Assembly (NCBI RefSeq): GCF_009914755.1
Contig: NC_060928.1
Length of the DNA stretch: 64,000 nt
Direction: 5' to 3' (one strand)
Origin: the human T2T-CHM13v2.0 reference genome, Homo sapiens
Within the stretch, counting starts at the first letter, position 1. Each line of letters starts with the position of its first letter. Position numbers and translations under genes: made by a program. The notes beneath the pieces were generated by a model. The model was not told the origin of the DNA and did not search any database. It saw only the letters and a list, made by a program, of their open reading frames with translations. Below are positions 13,248-27,421 of this stretch, in pieces.

Positions 13248-13836
13248 CTGCAAGAGAAGAGAGCCATCAGCTGATGTTACTTAAGGAAAAGTAGGGAAAC
13301 GGGGCTGACAGAGACAGCTCAGCAGGCTGTGCCCTGCAAAAGAGCTCTGCTGAGGAACCAGTAGTGACGGAAACCTAGGCGCTGTATCCAACTCGAGGGG
13401 GATGTTTCTTTAATCACAGGTAAGTCCTGGGTAGGAGAATGGCGCCCTGGATTTAACAAAACTAGAATGAATGGAAAAGAATACTTCTGAGACTAGTTTC
13501 CTGGACAATACCCCAAACCTACTCATCCCCTTGTCTTCATAGTGTCCATTTTTACTATCTGCTGCTTATGTCTGTGGCATTCAGGCTTCACATCAGTCTT
13601 ACTGTTTGGCCCTTCTCTCCTGCACTCAACTTGGCTGGTATAGCCTTAAAGGGGTCTAAGAGGGAACAAGCACACGGTGCCTTTAAACATGACTGACACA
13701 GCCATCTGTTGGGGCTGACAGCATCCGGGCAAGATCACTCTCCATGCTCATCTGGCCAACTGGTCGGCTGCAGGACCCTAATAATCACATTAGCAGAGCA
13801 GGAGCATCGCCCACTGGATGAAACTTCAGACATTAC

Positions 13837-14043
13837 TTATGGATGAAATGAGGTCGGAAGAGGTCAGAGAAAACAAGAGATGAGCTGGCCATGACAGCTG
13901 TCCAAGCTGCCCTTGAGATGCAACATCACAGCATCCGGGCCGGGGCTGTATCTTCCCACAGAGCAGGGGTTCTGTCCACGAGAACCACTGTAGCCTCACT
14001 GTGTTTCAACCTGGGGGCAAGTCTCCCAGGCAAAGCAGCTGTC
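13837..14043 (-). ncRNA. Candidate non-coding exon (donor uncertain)
   Basis: Minus-strand acceptor cttgtttttgccttctcctcctccag|GAC; possible donors TAA|GTAATG (13836) or ACA|GTAAGA (13602); GC-richer unique sequence. Confidence 0.3.
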
Positions 14044-17000
14044 CTGGAGGAGGAGAAGGCAAAAACAAGCTAACACTGCTTTGGAAATAATGAAAGCATT
14101 AAGCTCAAATTTGTGCTCTTCTTGTGAGATTTACTGCCAGGCTGGGAGCTCTATGAAAGCAGCTATCAGCATTGTGGTCAGCCCTTAAGCATCTATCTGG
14201 ATGAAAGCATGTATGCAGCATGAACTGATGGTTTGATGAGGGCAAAATACCCAATATACAGCCGTGTACAGAGACCTGGGGGGAGAATATCTTAAGAGCA
14301 GCTTTCATGGAAGAAAAAGAATTTTAAGTATATTTCTTTGGTTGTATCATTAAATAAAAAGATTGAATCCTGTGAATGATAGTGCACTGTTGTCTGCCTA
14401 ATTTTCTAGAGTAGAAATGTGAAGTTAGAGGTTCACTTGGAGAATTATAACAAGATTTACTCCATTTTAACAAGCATGAAACCACAAATAAAACTTTAAA
14501 ACAAACTTCCTTCAGCTTTTTATAAATTGTCCTTTACCTATGGTCAGAAACATTAATGAAGGGAATAGATTTAGATACTTCTTCTTTAGATAGTTCTCAT
14601 TAGTAAAATTCCTATTTTTCTGCACAAGAAAATAGCATAATATATTGAGAATTGGTCATCCCATTACGTGTTGCGCAAGCCTGCTTTTAATCTCACCTTA
14701 AATGTTGTCCCAAATAAAGCTATCACTTAGAATAAAATACAAATATAATGCACACATTTTGTGAAAAATAATAATTACTATTAACCTCAAGGAGCAAAAG
14801 GTTAAAAAGAGCAGAGTTCCTATTTTCAAATGTAATAAATCAGTCTAATTTGGAGTCAAGGTAGTAAAAAGATGTCTCGAGCTTTTTACTCCAAACATGA
14901 TGAGATCAAGAAATTTTCCTTTTGGAGAGAAAAAAAATGCATTTCTAAAATGCAAGCACTTTGAACATCTTGCTCAATTCCAAATGCAGCCTCCTTCTGT
15001 TGCACTTTATTTTAATGCTTTTCTTTTCACAGATGAAAGTTTGACTTAAAAAAAAAAGGTACAAGAATATGCCGATAGTATGAGAGTGATGGCTAGGAGG
15101 GATAGCAATAGTTTATGTGGTCTGGGAATTCTCTACCATGTCACCATCCTCCCCCTTCTGTAAGTGTAGCAAAATAATTGGCCAACATAATTAAATATGA
15201 ATCCGCATAACTTCAGACTCTGAACGCCTGATCAGTCCTTTGATAGGCTAAAAGGAGTGCTTCACCAGCCATGTATTCTGAAAGCAACATGGAAAAAGCT
15301 GTACTTTCTTTGATTTGTGAAAAAAATTGCTTCTTCTGTAAATACAGAGCACAAACGACATTTCCTTAGGAAGTCATCTGAAACCTTAGCATGTATTTAT
15401 CACAAGTGCAGTGGGGGCATATAATAAATTACAGTCCTTCTATCCCAGTTTCCCCCACCAGTATTCACATGTTCTTGAGAGGAAGTTTTCAGCTTATTTC
15501 AGAGAGTACAGTGCCATAGAACTAAAATAAAACAAACAAGTAAGAAACCATAATGTAAGAGTGATTGATAGTTGGAAAACATGTCAATGGTATTTACAGA
15601 AAACCCATGGTGGGCAGAGCCCTTTGCCAGCTACCATGAAAAGGTAAAAATAAAATGGAAAATAGATTTTCTTCCTTCAAAGTGCCTATAGTCAAATAGA
15701 AGAAATACATATAAACAAATGTATGTGAATGTACAAAGAGCACATACATTTCAAAAAGTCAGAGCATGCAAAACCAATTACAATCAAACACAGGAGTTTA
15801 TGCAGAGGCATCCGACTGACAGGGTGACTTCATTTGAAATGGTCCCAAAACTTCCATTGCCAGGCACACAAGCACAGCTGAATGACAATATTGTCCACAA
15901 CAGAAACTTGTTCATTTTCTGTCAAAGCATTTATTTGTTGTGAGATAGGACAGGAGTTAACATAGTTTGATCACATGATAAAAGGTTTCATCAAATTAAT
16001 CCCATAATTGATTAGCTCACCATTCTGTTGATTGTTTTACAAAGGCTATGGGTTTTATTTCAACTTAAAAAAAAAGATAGTTTATAGACTTTTAACTCTT
16101 AATATTTTAAAAAAGAACCTGAAAGATTTTTTTAAGTTTAATTGGGAAGAAATATGACACATCACTGTGTTAACTTACGGTTTTTAGAATTAAAAGGCAA
16201 GAAATGAGATAGTATTTTAACAGATTTTTTTCTCCATCTCTAAGAATCATTAACAAAGACTATACTTTTAATTTTACTATCGTTTTCATATTTAGTATTT
16301 TAGCATGATAGAGAAAGGAGAAAGTGTCTTGTTCTAAGGAATAATCTCGCATAGAAAATTCTATTACAAACAGAATTCGTGAATATTCAAAAAAGTACAG
16401 AAATACTAGATGCTATTTGATAAACATTTATTCCATAACACAGTGATGATATCGTCATAAACAACTTTGATTACAGGCAGGAACATGGGTATAGTAAGAA
16501 GTTACTGATCATTAAATTTGATTTAAGAAAGTAAGGAGATGAGGCAATTTTTAACAGGATTCACTCTGCCTAAAGAGCTATACTTACAACTCTACAAGTG
16601 AATGTTCAGACTAGTTAATCACAGTTTTTACATGTATGGGTTATCACTTATTTTGAGAAGCAGTGTGGTGTGATTTAAGTGATAAGAGCACGATTTGAAA
16701 TCCATCTCTGCCATAAATGACCTAGATCTCTAGTCTTCTTTAACATTTTCATATGCAATCTATGATTATAAGAAATAATATGCATCTGGAAGTATTAGAA
16801 ACCCAAAGAATAAAAGGATCTGTGGAGCTGAGGTAAAATTGGCATACATAAATTTCTCTATTTAAATTCTATTAATTTAATTTCAGGAAGCCCTATTAAT
16901 TATAACCTTTCCATAATTACTTAATAATAATAATTGTTATTTAAAATTATAAACCCGGAAACCTTGAAGTACCTTCTGAATCATTAGTATTGGAGGCTGT

Positions 17001-19299
17001 CTACATATGTTTTATTTGTTTACATATATTAATTCACATCAAACTGCTATTCAAAAAAATAAGGTGGGGGACTTCAGATGACATAGCATAAAACAAATCA
17101 AAACAAAAAGAACCACATGCACACAAGAAAAATCTTTAAAATAAAGATAAGTTACATAGTGCAATAGAGATAATGATTCAATTGTAAAAAAATTTATTTT
17201 CTGGAAGCATGGGAATGATTAAAAAAAACACACACACAACAAATGCTGTTGGAATAGGGTGGAGCAGAAAGATCCCCAGCCATGGAGGCAGGGACCCAGT
17301 TTAAGGTCAGGCAAAGACGTTTTGTGAGTCAAAGTTTCACCGTCTGTTCAAGGCGGAAGCTCTCTACAGCTCCAAGTGCTAACTTTATAATTACTTGGGT
17401 CAGACAAAAATCTTTCCCTGGCACATATTCACATGTCTTTCAGGTAGAGCAGAGACTGAAGATCTTAAAACCAAGATGAACATACATGACAAAGTCACGG
17501 GGGCATTACTCAGTGAGGGGTCTTCAGGAAGTTGAAAAGAATTTCTGAGATTGGAGTACTAAGAGTCAATTCTGGCATCTTGTTCCCTTCCTCATTTTAT
17601 GTGCTCAAAATAACGAGCAGATGTAATGTAAAATAATGTAAAATAATTTTTATGTTGTAAAACTAATGCATAAAAATTGCATTGTTTTAACTTCGAACAT
17701 GTTAATATGTTAATTTCTACAAGTCAGAATTTATTTGCACACATGCTTACAAATCCTGACACATGACTAATTTTTCATGTTCGACTAGACATTTGTTATG
17801 TAATCTGTTTTTTATATATAAATCTATTACATAACATTTCTGTTATATAACTTGTTCTAAAACATGTCACTTTCTTTTTAGAAGCTACTTTAATTATCTT
17901 CCAAAGATGTTACAAGAGGGTGGGTTAAGGGAAAGAGGGAACTTCAGTTATTTTTATAAAACTGGTGAACAGAGCAGTGGATTCCCTCCCGTTTGACAGG
18001 TGTTTGTGTCAGGGACAATACAAATTACTCCAAGCCGAGTAAACAATGAAGATCTGTGGTGCACTGGCTTGCAATGCTGGGGAAAGTTGGGTTCCAGCTG
18101 AGAATGTCGCACCTTTAATTTCATATGGTTGAATAGGAACCAGTGAAAACTATAATTAGAAATTACTGCAGATACAAAAAAAAAAAAAAAGCAACTTCTG
18201 TGTCATAAAAGCAACGTGGGTTCTACCTGGTCCCTTTTGGGCTAAGTAAGTTGTTTGATCAGCTTCTCTCAGTCTCTGTGGATGTCCTTATATGAGTCTA
18301 ATTGAAGGACTCCTGTTCTCTTTTTATTTTTGCTCTATGAAAAATGTATCAGAGATGTCTTATAATGAACTTTGATATGGTGAAATGATAATAATGTCCT
18401 AATTACATATAAAAATGTAATTACACTTGCTTCTATTATAGAAAAACTCCCTTTATAATGAAGTGTTATGTTGGAAAAAGATTTTCATTATAGGCGGACT
18501 CCTTTACTTGTTAATTTGAGCTCTGATTCATCGCTTTAATATTAAAAAAGTTCTTTGTAAGTTACTTTTGATGTGTCTCATTTATGGTTCATTTCACTTC
18601 CTGGGAACCACAAGGAGCCCAAATCCAAACTTCTTTGAAAGACACTTAAAAATACATCTTTCAAAAGGAGTTCTTCTTTCTATGCGGTGAAACAGCAATA
18701 TCACTGACCTTCTCATTTACCTGAGCTGTGAAAACTTTTGTTTTGAAATTTGAAAAGCATATATATATATATGCACGGCTTCTCAAATGTTTAAAAATAT
18801 CTGTGCATTCAGTGGTAATAGGCAAACATCTAAAAATAGCCTTTAGCTAATAATCAATTATACATGTGCCCTCATGACATTAAAACAATATGATGTATTT
18901 TCTATTCTTTTTGAGATTGCTCAGATCATCATTTCACCAAATCAAGTGCAAAACTAAGAAGTACAACAAATCTGTCTTATTTGCTATTTATTATAAATCT
19001 GGTCAAAGTCTTAGTAGGAAATATCATTATATCCATTGGTTAAAATTAGTTTAGAAGTTTTCAGTCTACCACCATCACAGGGAATAAATATTTCATCATT
19101 AACAACAGAAAAAATAGCTTAAACTATAAACTATCAGAATCAACAAAATAATTTAATAGAAATAAAGAAGGCATTCAAAAGTGCTGCAAGTGAACTCCAA
19201 AGATGCAGTCTACAATTAATTCTTTTGCCTTCTTTTAGATGGTCAACTTTCAGATTTTAAGTAAGGTTAATTCATTTAAAATATTGTTTTTAAAAGTAA

Positions 19300-19597
<298 letters not shown>

Positions 19598-19829
19598 TAA
19601 TGGGTCTTTAGAAGTGAGACAATGATTATTTTAGGTCTGATTTTGATAGCCATCAGAATCACTACTATCACTTTTTTCTAGTATTTATAAATATAATTTG
19701 TAAATTTTTGTAGTTTATACATTTATGATTTGTAAATTTTCTCTAATTTATAAATATCTTTAAAATTTTAGAGAATTCCAACTTCTTTTTTAACTTATTC
19801 CTGAATATCATGACTCTAGGAACTTTGCT

Positions 19830-20560
19830 TCCTCTCCAATCTCTTGTCCATATATCAGTTAATGATCTGGTAAATCATAAACCAAACCACACCACTTTCC
19901 TATGTAAATATTTCCATGGTTTCTTGTGCCTTCAGATTAAAATCCAAGCTCTTTCCATGGTGCAAAAGGCTCAAGATGATCTGATTCCTATATACTCCCA
20001 CGACTTCACCTTCTATCACAACTCATCTCAGACACGTTTTCAGTCCCTCAAACACACCGCACTCTGCTCCCTTTGCTTGGAAAGCTCTTTCCCCAAATGT
20101 TAACTGGCCAGATCCTTTCAGGTCATAGTTTCAACGTCACCTGAAATGCCTGGCAGCTTGCTTGAGCAGGGTCCAACCTTGGTTGTTTTCACACATAGCA
20201 CTCTATTTCCCCTTTCATTCTATCTCGCTAATTGTCACTCAGGCATTTATCTGTTGTATTTATTTCCCCTTTATAAGATGTGGCTTTGAAGAACAAGAGT
20301 CAAGCCAAGGGAAGGTAGTATGTCCCAAGCCAGATCTCCTCCCCCATCTTCTGCAGCTGAGAACCTATCCTTCCTTGTTCTCTCAAATTTACCAGGCATT
20401 TCCACACCAGCAGGGTTCTGCCTGGAATGGTTTCCTTACATGCTACAAACTTTCCAATTCTTTCTTGTTTTTTAAGACCCAGCTCAAATGCTGCCTTCTC
20501 TCAAAAGCCTTCTCTGATTCCATAGTTAGAATTAATTTCTCCTTGAATGTCAGTACTATT
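19830..20560 (+). mobile_element. L2 fragments
   Basis: ttcagattaaaatccaagctctttccatgg..., ctgcctggaatggtttcc..., aagacccagctcaaatgctgccttctc. Confidence 0.7.
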
Positions 20561-21158
20561 TTATTAATCCCATCTTGGTTTGCAGCAAGGTTAGTTGTAT
20601 CCAGGTATGTCTCCTTCACAGCCACGCTTCTGATTGTTTGGGGTATTTCTCTTAGTACAATTTTTTTTCCATTTTTAAATAATATCTAATTGATGACCTC
20701 CTTTTCCCCTCCTTTCAACAAACACGTTATAACTTACTAGGCACATGATATTTCCACTTATTAAAAAAAACTGACAAATAAGTCAATGATTTTCTAAACC
20801 CAAATGTTCATAGAAATTTCTATACCATTGCTGTTTACTAGACTGTAACAATAAGCTAGATAATTGTAAAGTAATTCCAATGTCTATTTGGTACCTAGTG
20901 GCAACTCAAGGAAAGCAATTAAGTTTCCCCCATTACATTTTTACTTTTATTTAGGTGAAAATGTGGACCCAGAGTTTGTCAACAACCACAACTAATGTGA
21001 ATGATACTGTAGGAATGTAAATATGATGATATTTCAGATGGGACATCATGGATTAATGAGTCTCAGAAGGGAATATGGCATTTAATAGTAACTGAAGGAA
21101 GACATAGCCAAGAAAATCCATGGATATTCAAAAAATGTTTTATAGAACTAATTTTTAA

Positions 21159-21481
<323 letters not shown>

Positions 21482-21849
21482 TTAGATGACTCACCTTAAT
21501 TCCAAAAGGATAGTAGAAAAGTAATGATATTTTAAACTGGAAAGAGAGTGGGAATTTTGCATTGACAAAGTCCCTCTTGGCTTTTTGAATATTTTGAAGT
21601 TTTCATTCCTTTACTTGTATCATCTTTCAAGTTGTCTCATTTTGAATGTTAAAAAGGATGAATGAATGTGTATGTGAATCATCTCTGAAAATATTTTTCA
21701 GAGTACGAGTACTGAAAAATCCTTCTCAAAACACCCCTTTTGAAAAAAAAAACCTTAGCAATATCTCCTCTCTTAGTAAACTATATATCACTTTTTACTC
21801 TCTTTCAAAAACGAATATTTGAATCTAAAAGGTAGAATCTAAAATAATA

Positions 21850-22340
21850 CCAGTTGTGGTGTTTTTGAAAGAATCCAAATTGAACTGTCTAGAATAAGAT
21901 AGAGATTTACTTTTTTCTCATGTGAAGAAAGTTGGAGGAAAGGTACTCATAGGCTAATTTGGGGGCACACCAGTCAATGGGGACTCTGCTTTTTCTGTCT
22001 TTGTGCTCTACTCTCTTAGTTGTGGCTTCTATTCTCAAGGTTGACCTATGGGCCCAATATGGCTGCTGGAGCTCCAGCCTGACAACCACATTCCAGGGAA
22101 GAAAAAGAGGAAGGAGGGGAAAGACAAAAGGTCATGTCTTCTGGCTGAGTCAGTCCCTGTAATAATATTTCCTAGAAATCCTACCCAATGTCTTAATGTC
22201 TTCCACTTACATAGCATAACCATCCTCACCTGCAAAAATAAGCCAGGAAATATAGTCATTTTATCTCGGTGCTTTACTGTTTAGAATAAAATCAGGACTT
22301 TGTTAGTAAGGAATGAGGGAAGAATGGATACTGGGAAAGT
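21850..22340 (-). mobile_element. MaLR LTR (MLT1J-like)
   Basis: aatatggctgctggagctccagcc...acattccagg...ttgttagtaaggaatgagggaagaatggatactggg matches reverse MLT1J. Confidence 0.75.
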
Positions 22341-22399
22341 CACATTCTGTAATGCTGAAATGTCCTATATACTTAAGACAAACATTTCCAACCTTATCT

Positions 22400-22912
22400 C
22401 AAGCCCTCTCCTGCTCACTCACTATGCTTCAACCATATGGCTTTCTGGTAAGTCTTCCAGTGTAGAATCTCTACAGTTGATTTTCCTCCTGCATGGAATG
22501 CTTGTCGTCTAACTTCTTCCATGGCTGGCTCCTTCTCACTTTTTAGGTCTCAGCTAAAATTTCACCTCTTTAGCAAGACTGTATTCCCAACTCAAATCTA
22601 TGTAGCCCCTTCCCTTTCACACCGTTATTCTCTCCCTTGCACTCTGTTTATATCCTGTAAGGCACCTAACACAATCAGTAATTGTTGCTCTTATTATTTG
22701 TTTGTTATTTTACATATATTTGTCTATTTCATATACAATATATATAAAATATAAAAGCATATTTGTTTATTTTCTTGTTATTTTCATATCCCCAAAAAGT
22801 GTCTAAACCCCATGAGAGCAGAGGGCTTGTGGGCCTTGATCACTGTTGTATTCCCAGGACCCAGCCTCATATCTGACATGTGGAATTCAACAAGTCCACG
22901 TTAAACAAATGA
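22400..22912 (+). mobile_element. L2 3' fragment
   Basis: catggctggctccttctcactttttaggtctcagctaaaat...catgagagcagagg...cactgttgtattccca. Confidence 0.75.
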
Positions 22913-24936
22913 GAAGGAACACCAAGAAAACTGTTTTTCAACTAGTCAATAAAAATATCACTTTGTCCACGTTGCCATTTTGTGTGACCAATTAAATCTC
23001 AAATCCCCTATTGTAGTTTGGGTCTTTATGAGTCACAAGAATCAGCTTCATAGGTGGCTCAGGGTGGTCCTGTTGGCTGAAATCATTCTGCTGAACCCAA
23101 GTGTTTATCTCTTCCTTTGTGAAATGACAGGGAAGTTGCATTCATCTGAAAGCTTGGCTATGGGAAGCTCCAAAGAAAAAGCTCCAATGAGCACATGAAC
23201 TTCTTCAAATGTTTCTGGTAGAAAACTAATTGGACCAACATGCATCGTTTTGTTGTTTTTTAAATTTACTGTATCAGAAGCTTGTGGAGAATGGTGATTC
23301 TAAAGCTTTTTTCTAACTTAATATTTTACTTGGCATTCTCATGACATAAATGGCAGGGTGGAAGTAAAAAAAAGTGAAAGAGAGAATGAAGGAAGAGAGG
23401 GTAACAGGGAGGAAGAAAGAGAAAAAAAGAAAAGAAGAGACAGATAAAATAAGAACATGGACCCTTTGTTGCAAAGGAGAACCTTTCATTGTGGCAGTTT
23501 GAGTCCTAGACTTTGGAGAATTGCTGGAAGACATTTTAGCATCCAATTCATCGAGTAACTCATTAGGGTGATGAAAAGCCCATGATGAAGGGGCAGTGCC
23601 ATGTTTGAAGAGCCAGGGGTTCCTGTTATCCTGAATTATTAAGTAGTCAATATTCAGTGGCCGCTGCCTGCTCGCCTGTCTTCAGCAGGTGGTGGCCCTC
23701 TGCCTTTCTCTGCAAAGCAGCTGCTTGCTCCCAGCCTCCCCAGAGCTTGCAACAGCCATTTGTTTCGATTTAAGACAGATGCGGTCATTATTTTGTGCAG
23801 AACTTCACAGAAATATTTCCTACTAAATGCTTGAACCATCTGAGTAGCACCAGGCAGGCTGCTGGCTTCATTAATAATGCATCCATGCTTATCAATAGGT
23901 TTAGACAACTGATATTTAGAAGCTTCTTTAGAAGGAGTGGGGTGGATGTTCCTTTCACACCAGTAGGCTTCATTTTGTCAGTTCCTTGATGTTGACATTA
24001 CATCCAACTGTGTTCTGGAAACCAGAAGTGCTAAAGCTGTGTTGGGGCTGTTCTTTTGCTTTGGAGTGCTTCTTGATGGAGCTAAGTCATGGTGGTTTAC
24101 CTTATGCCCTTTCTGCCCTTATCTAAGTTTACTCTAAAGGGAAAAAATTTACCATCCACTTCACTTTAAACCTTATTGCGGCTTTTTATTTTTCCAGGCT
24201 GTCTCACACCCAATTCATCTGGGTAGACTCAGATTTCTTGGCACTGTGCTCTGGTCTTGATATGTTTCAGCAGAACATGACAGGAATGAACTCTAAGTTC
24301 CTAAGTTGTGCACGGAAGGTTACCCAACTATTTTTAGATCACTTACAGTCATGAAGCAATGCACCTTCTAAACCTTTGGGTTTGAATAAACACCCATTAG
24401 AAGGGCTATGGCAAAGCTCAATCTACTGGTTTGTTTGCAACCTATTTGCATCTTGACAAAAAAGCAATGCCAAAAGCAATGAAGGAATTCTGGAATCCTG
24501 CAGGGCATCAGTGACAGAAAGAAAAACGATGAAAGTACAACCAAAACATTGTTTTTTCAGTGCTAAAGTTTATATCAATGTAACAATTTCTTTTAATGAT
24601 AAGAGTTTTCTCAAGATTTCCTTTTTAAAGTTCACTTCTCACTGCTGCTTATCAACATGTATAACAATCCAAATGAGATTGATACAGCTGATGTCACAAG
24701 TCTCTTGTTAAAATTTTTACAGATTTAGGAGGTATTTTTAATGGAAAAGATTGCACAGAAGTAAATTTATGGTTTTTCCTAGAGCCATACACATAGAAGG
24801 ACAAAACACATAAAATGACCTATATTCAATGCATATATCTACATATACAGAATGCAAATGCAGAATTCAAATTGCATGTACCAATCCATTAAACATTCTT
24901 TGCTATGTTGTATTTTCCCATACAAGAAATGAAACA

Positions 24937-25425
24937 TGTAGTAGACAGGATAATGGCCACCTAATGATGGGCATGTGCTAATCTTCAGAACCTGGGATAT
25001 ATTATGTTATCTAACAATGGGAAGCTGAGGTTGCAGATGGAACTAAGGTTGCTGATTAGATGACCTTGAGATGAGCAGTTATCCTGGATTAATGAGGTGG
25101 GCCCAATATAATCACAAGGGTCAGTAAATGGGGAACAGGGAGGCAGAGGAGACAGAACCAGAGAGGTGATGTGGGAAAATCTCCACTGGCCATTCTGGGC
25201 TTTGAAGATGGAAGGGGGCCACAAGCCAAGGAATGCCGGCAGCTTCTAGAAGCTAGAAAGCAAGAAAATGGACTCTCCCCTAGAACTCTCCAAACACCTT
25301 GATTTTAGCCAAGTGAGTCCCATTTCAGACTTCTGGCTTCTAGATCTGTAAGATAATAAATTTGTGTTTTTTAAAACCACGAAATTTGTGGCCATTTGTT
25401 TTAGCAACAACAGAAAACTAATATA
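24937..25425 (+). mobile_element. MaLR solo LTR (MLT1D-like)
   Basis: tgtagtagacaggataatggcc...ggtgggcccaatataatcacaaggg...gccaaggaatgccggcagc...aataaatttgtg...aaactaatata; 5-bp TSD aaaca/aagca. Confidence 0.9.
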
Positions 25426-25499
25426 AAGCAGTTTCCAGAAAAAGTATGAAGATTAAAATACTGAAATAAAAAAGGTTAAAGTGAACAATAACAACAAGA

Positions 25500-26000
25500 A
25501 TGGTCATTCTTCTACACCAAGAAATGGCAGTATAACATTTCTTGAGAGCAATTTACTTCTATTTATCAAAACGATAAAAAATTTCCCACATTTATTGATG
25601 AAGAAATTACACTACTTGGGATTTTCTTATAATGAAATAGGTGCAATATCACACAAGCACAGACATTTTTTGAAATAGCAAATAATTAGAAACAACCAAA
25701 ATATGTAACAGTATGGAACTGATTTAAATAAATTATGGTATATATTTATATAATAAAGTTAATGAGAATAATGCTCTAGGATAATATCCAATGACATAGA
25801 AAGATCTCACAATGTATTGAATGAGGGTTTGCAAAATAGTATGGTTTCATTAATATAGCATATATACATTTGTACACATATGCATTTTTAAGAATAAAAG
25901 ATTGAAAAGAATATCAACAATGATCATTTCTGGGTGTGATTTTTTTTTCAACACTTTCCAAAATTAAAGTGTATTATTTTTATTTCCAAAAAAATAAAAG
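25500..26000 (+). mobile_element. Old L1 (L1ME-like) 3' fragment
   Basis: aatagcaaataattagaaacaaccaaaatatg...aataaattatggtatat matches L1M 3' region. Confidence 0.65.
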
Positions 26001-26120
26001 CCTACAACAAATTTTATTTTTAAAATTGCTTTGGAGAAATGTCTTTGCCTAGTTCAAGATAGGGGAGACTGAGATCATCCAGCCATAGGTACTCATATCC
26101 TTTGCCGGAAAAAGAATGAC

Positions 26121-26131
26121 TGCTGAGTCAT
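26121..26131. promoter_or_regulatory. ARE / NF-E2-type motif TGCTGAGTCAT
   Basis: Exact match to the CNC-sMAF (NRF2/BACH1/NF-E2) consensus; function not shown. Confidence 0.35.
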
Positions 26132-26554
26132 GAAGGTGTATCTGTGCAGGGAAGTGAAGTGAGATGGGTCACATACCATCAACAACTGACAGCCCACATT
26201 TAACCCTGAAGAGGAAAGATGCCCAAGGGTTGTTTGTTCATGAGGTATTTCAAAGCCAGAGGGTAGGCTGAAGAATGAATGTCTGTTTTGGCACTGTCTG
26301 GTGGTCTCTCTTCAGGTTTTGTGGAGTATCGATGTGAACTAGCCACAGAAGACTCATTAGACAGAGGAGAGCTCTTTGAGCTTTTCTGGCTTAATTGAAT
26401 ACTTTCTCTTGCTTTAGAAGCCACTGCTGCCTTTGTTAATTGATTTGTGATCTCACAGTAGTCAATATCTCTCTGGCTCACAGATGGGCAAGGGAATAAG
26501 GTTTCTGTTTATTTTAAACCATCTACTATATTAATTATATTTGGAAGAACTTTA

Positions 26555-26790
26555 GAAATATATATATAACTATACATACTTATATATTATATAGTTGTAT
26601 AAATATAACTATATAAAGTTATATACATATTATATATAGTTACATATAACTATATATAGATATATAGTTACATACATAGTTATATATACTATACATAAAA
26701 CTAAGCATATATAGTTATACATAAAACTATATATAGTTATAAATATATATGTATGTAAATATATATGAAATAAATATATATATATAGTTA
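26555..26790. repeat. TA-rich low-complexity repeat
   Basis: Degenerate (TA)n with aact/agtt/cat interruptions. Confidence 0.9.
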
Positions 26791-27395
26791 TTTTCAACAC
26801 TTTTGGTTGATCCAAAGCAAAATACTTGGGATTTAAACTTCCAAAGGTATTTAAATAAATTTACATTTTATGGAGCACAACTATTCTTGTAAAAGTGGTA
26901 TTTCAATGTTGCTGCAGTGAAACAAATTAGGTTTGTTTCTTATAGTTTTCAACAAGTTTTTTTTAAAAGAAGAAAATTTTAGTAATCTCTTACTCCTTTT
27001 TTCAATGAGAATAGAATTTAATGCAATTTAAAAATGGAAATTTTAATTCAGTTTATATGATGTTTCATAAACTGGGAGAAATTTATTTTGCCAATTTTAG
27101 CTCCTTTTTCCTGACAGGAATAAAAGTCCTCCTCTGATAGAGGAATATCCCCAGAATACATGCTCTTTAATGTTTGTGTAGCAGAACTAATATATATTAT
27201 AAGATAATCCAAGAGTTTCCCTGTTTGGTTAGGGAAGTTTCATGATGGATGATAGCCTTAGGTGAGGAAGTTAAGAACCCAACGGGATGGCCTGGAGGAG
27301 AGAGTAGTAAACCAATATGTAATTGAATTGTTTCATTCAATTCAACAAAATTAATGGGGATTGGAGACAGGAGCAACATAGAAAAAAGGAGACAA

Positions 27396-27421
27396 AAAAC
27401 AACAACAACAACAACAACAAA
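27396..27421. repeat. (AAC)n microsatellite
   Basis: aacaacaacaacaacaacaacaa. Confidence 0.9.

Noticed and set aside
18830-18839. MEF2 consensus CTAAAAATAG
   Set aside because: Isolated AT-rich motif, compatible with chance
20162-20689. 175-aa ORF
   Set aside because: Non-ATG start, lies in L2 fragments, no recognisable domain
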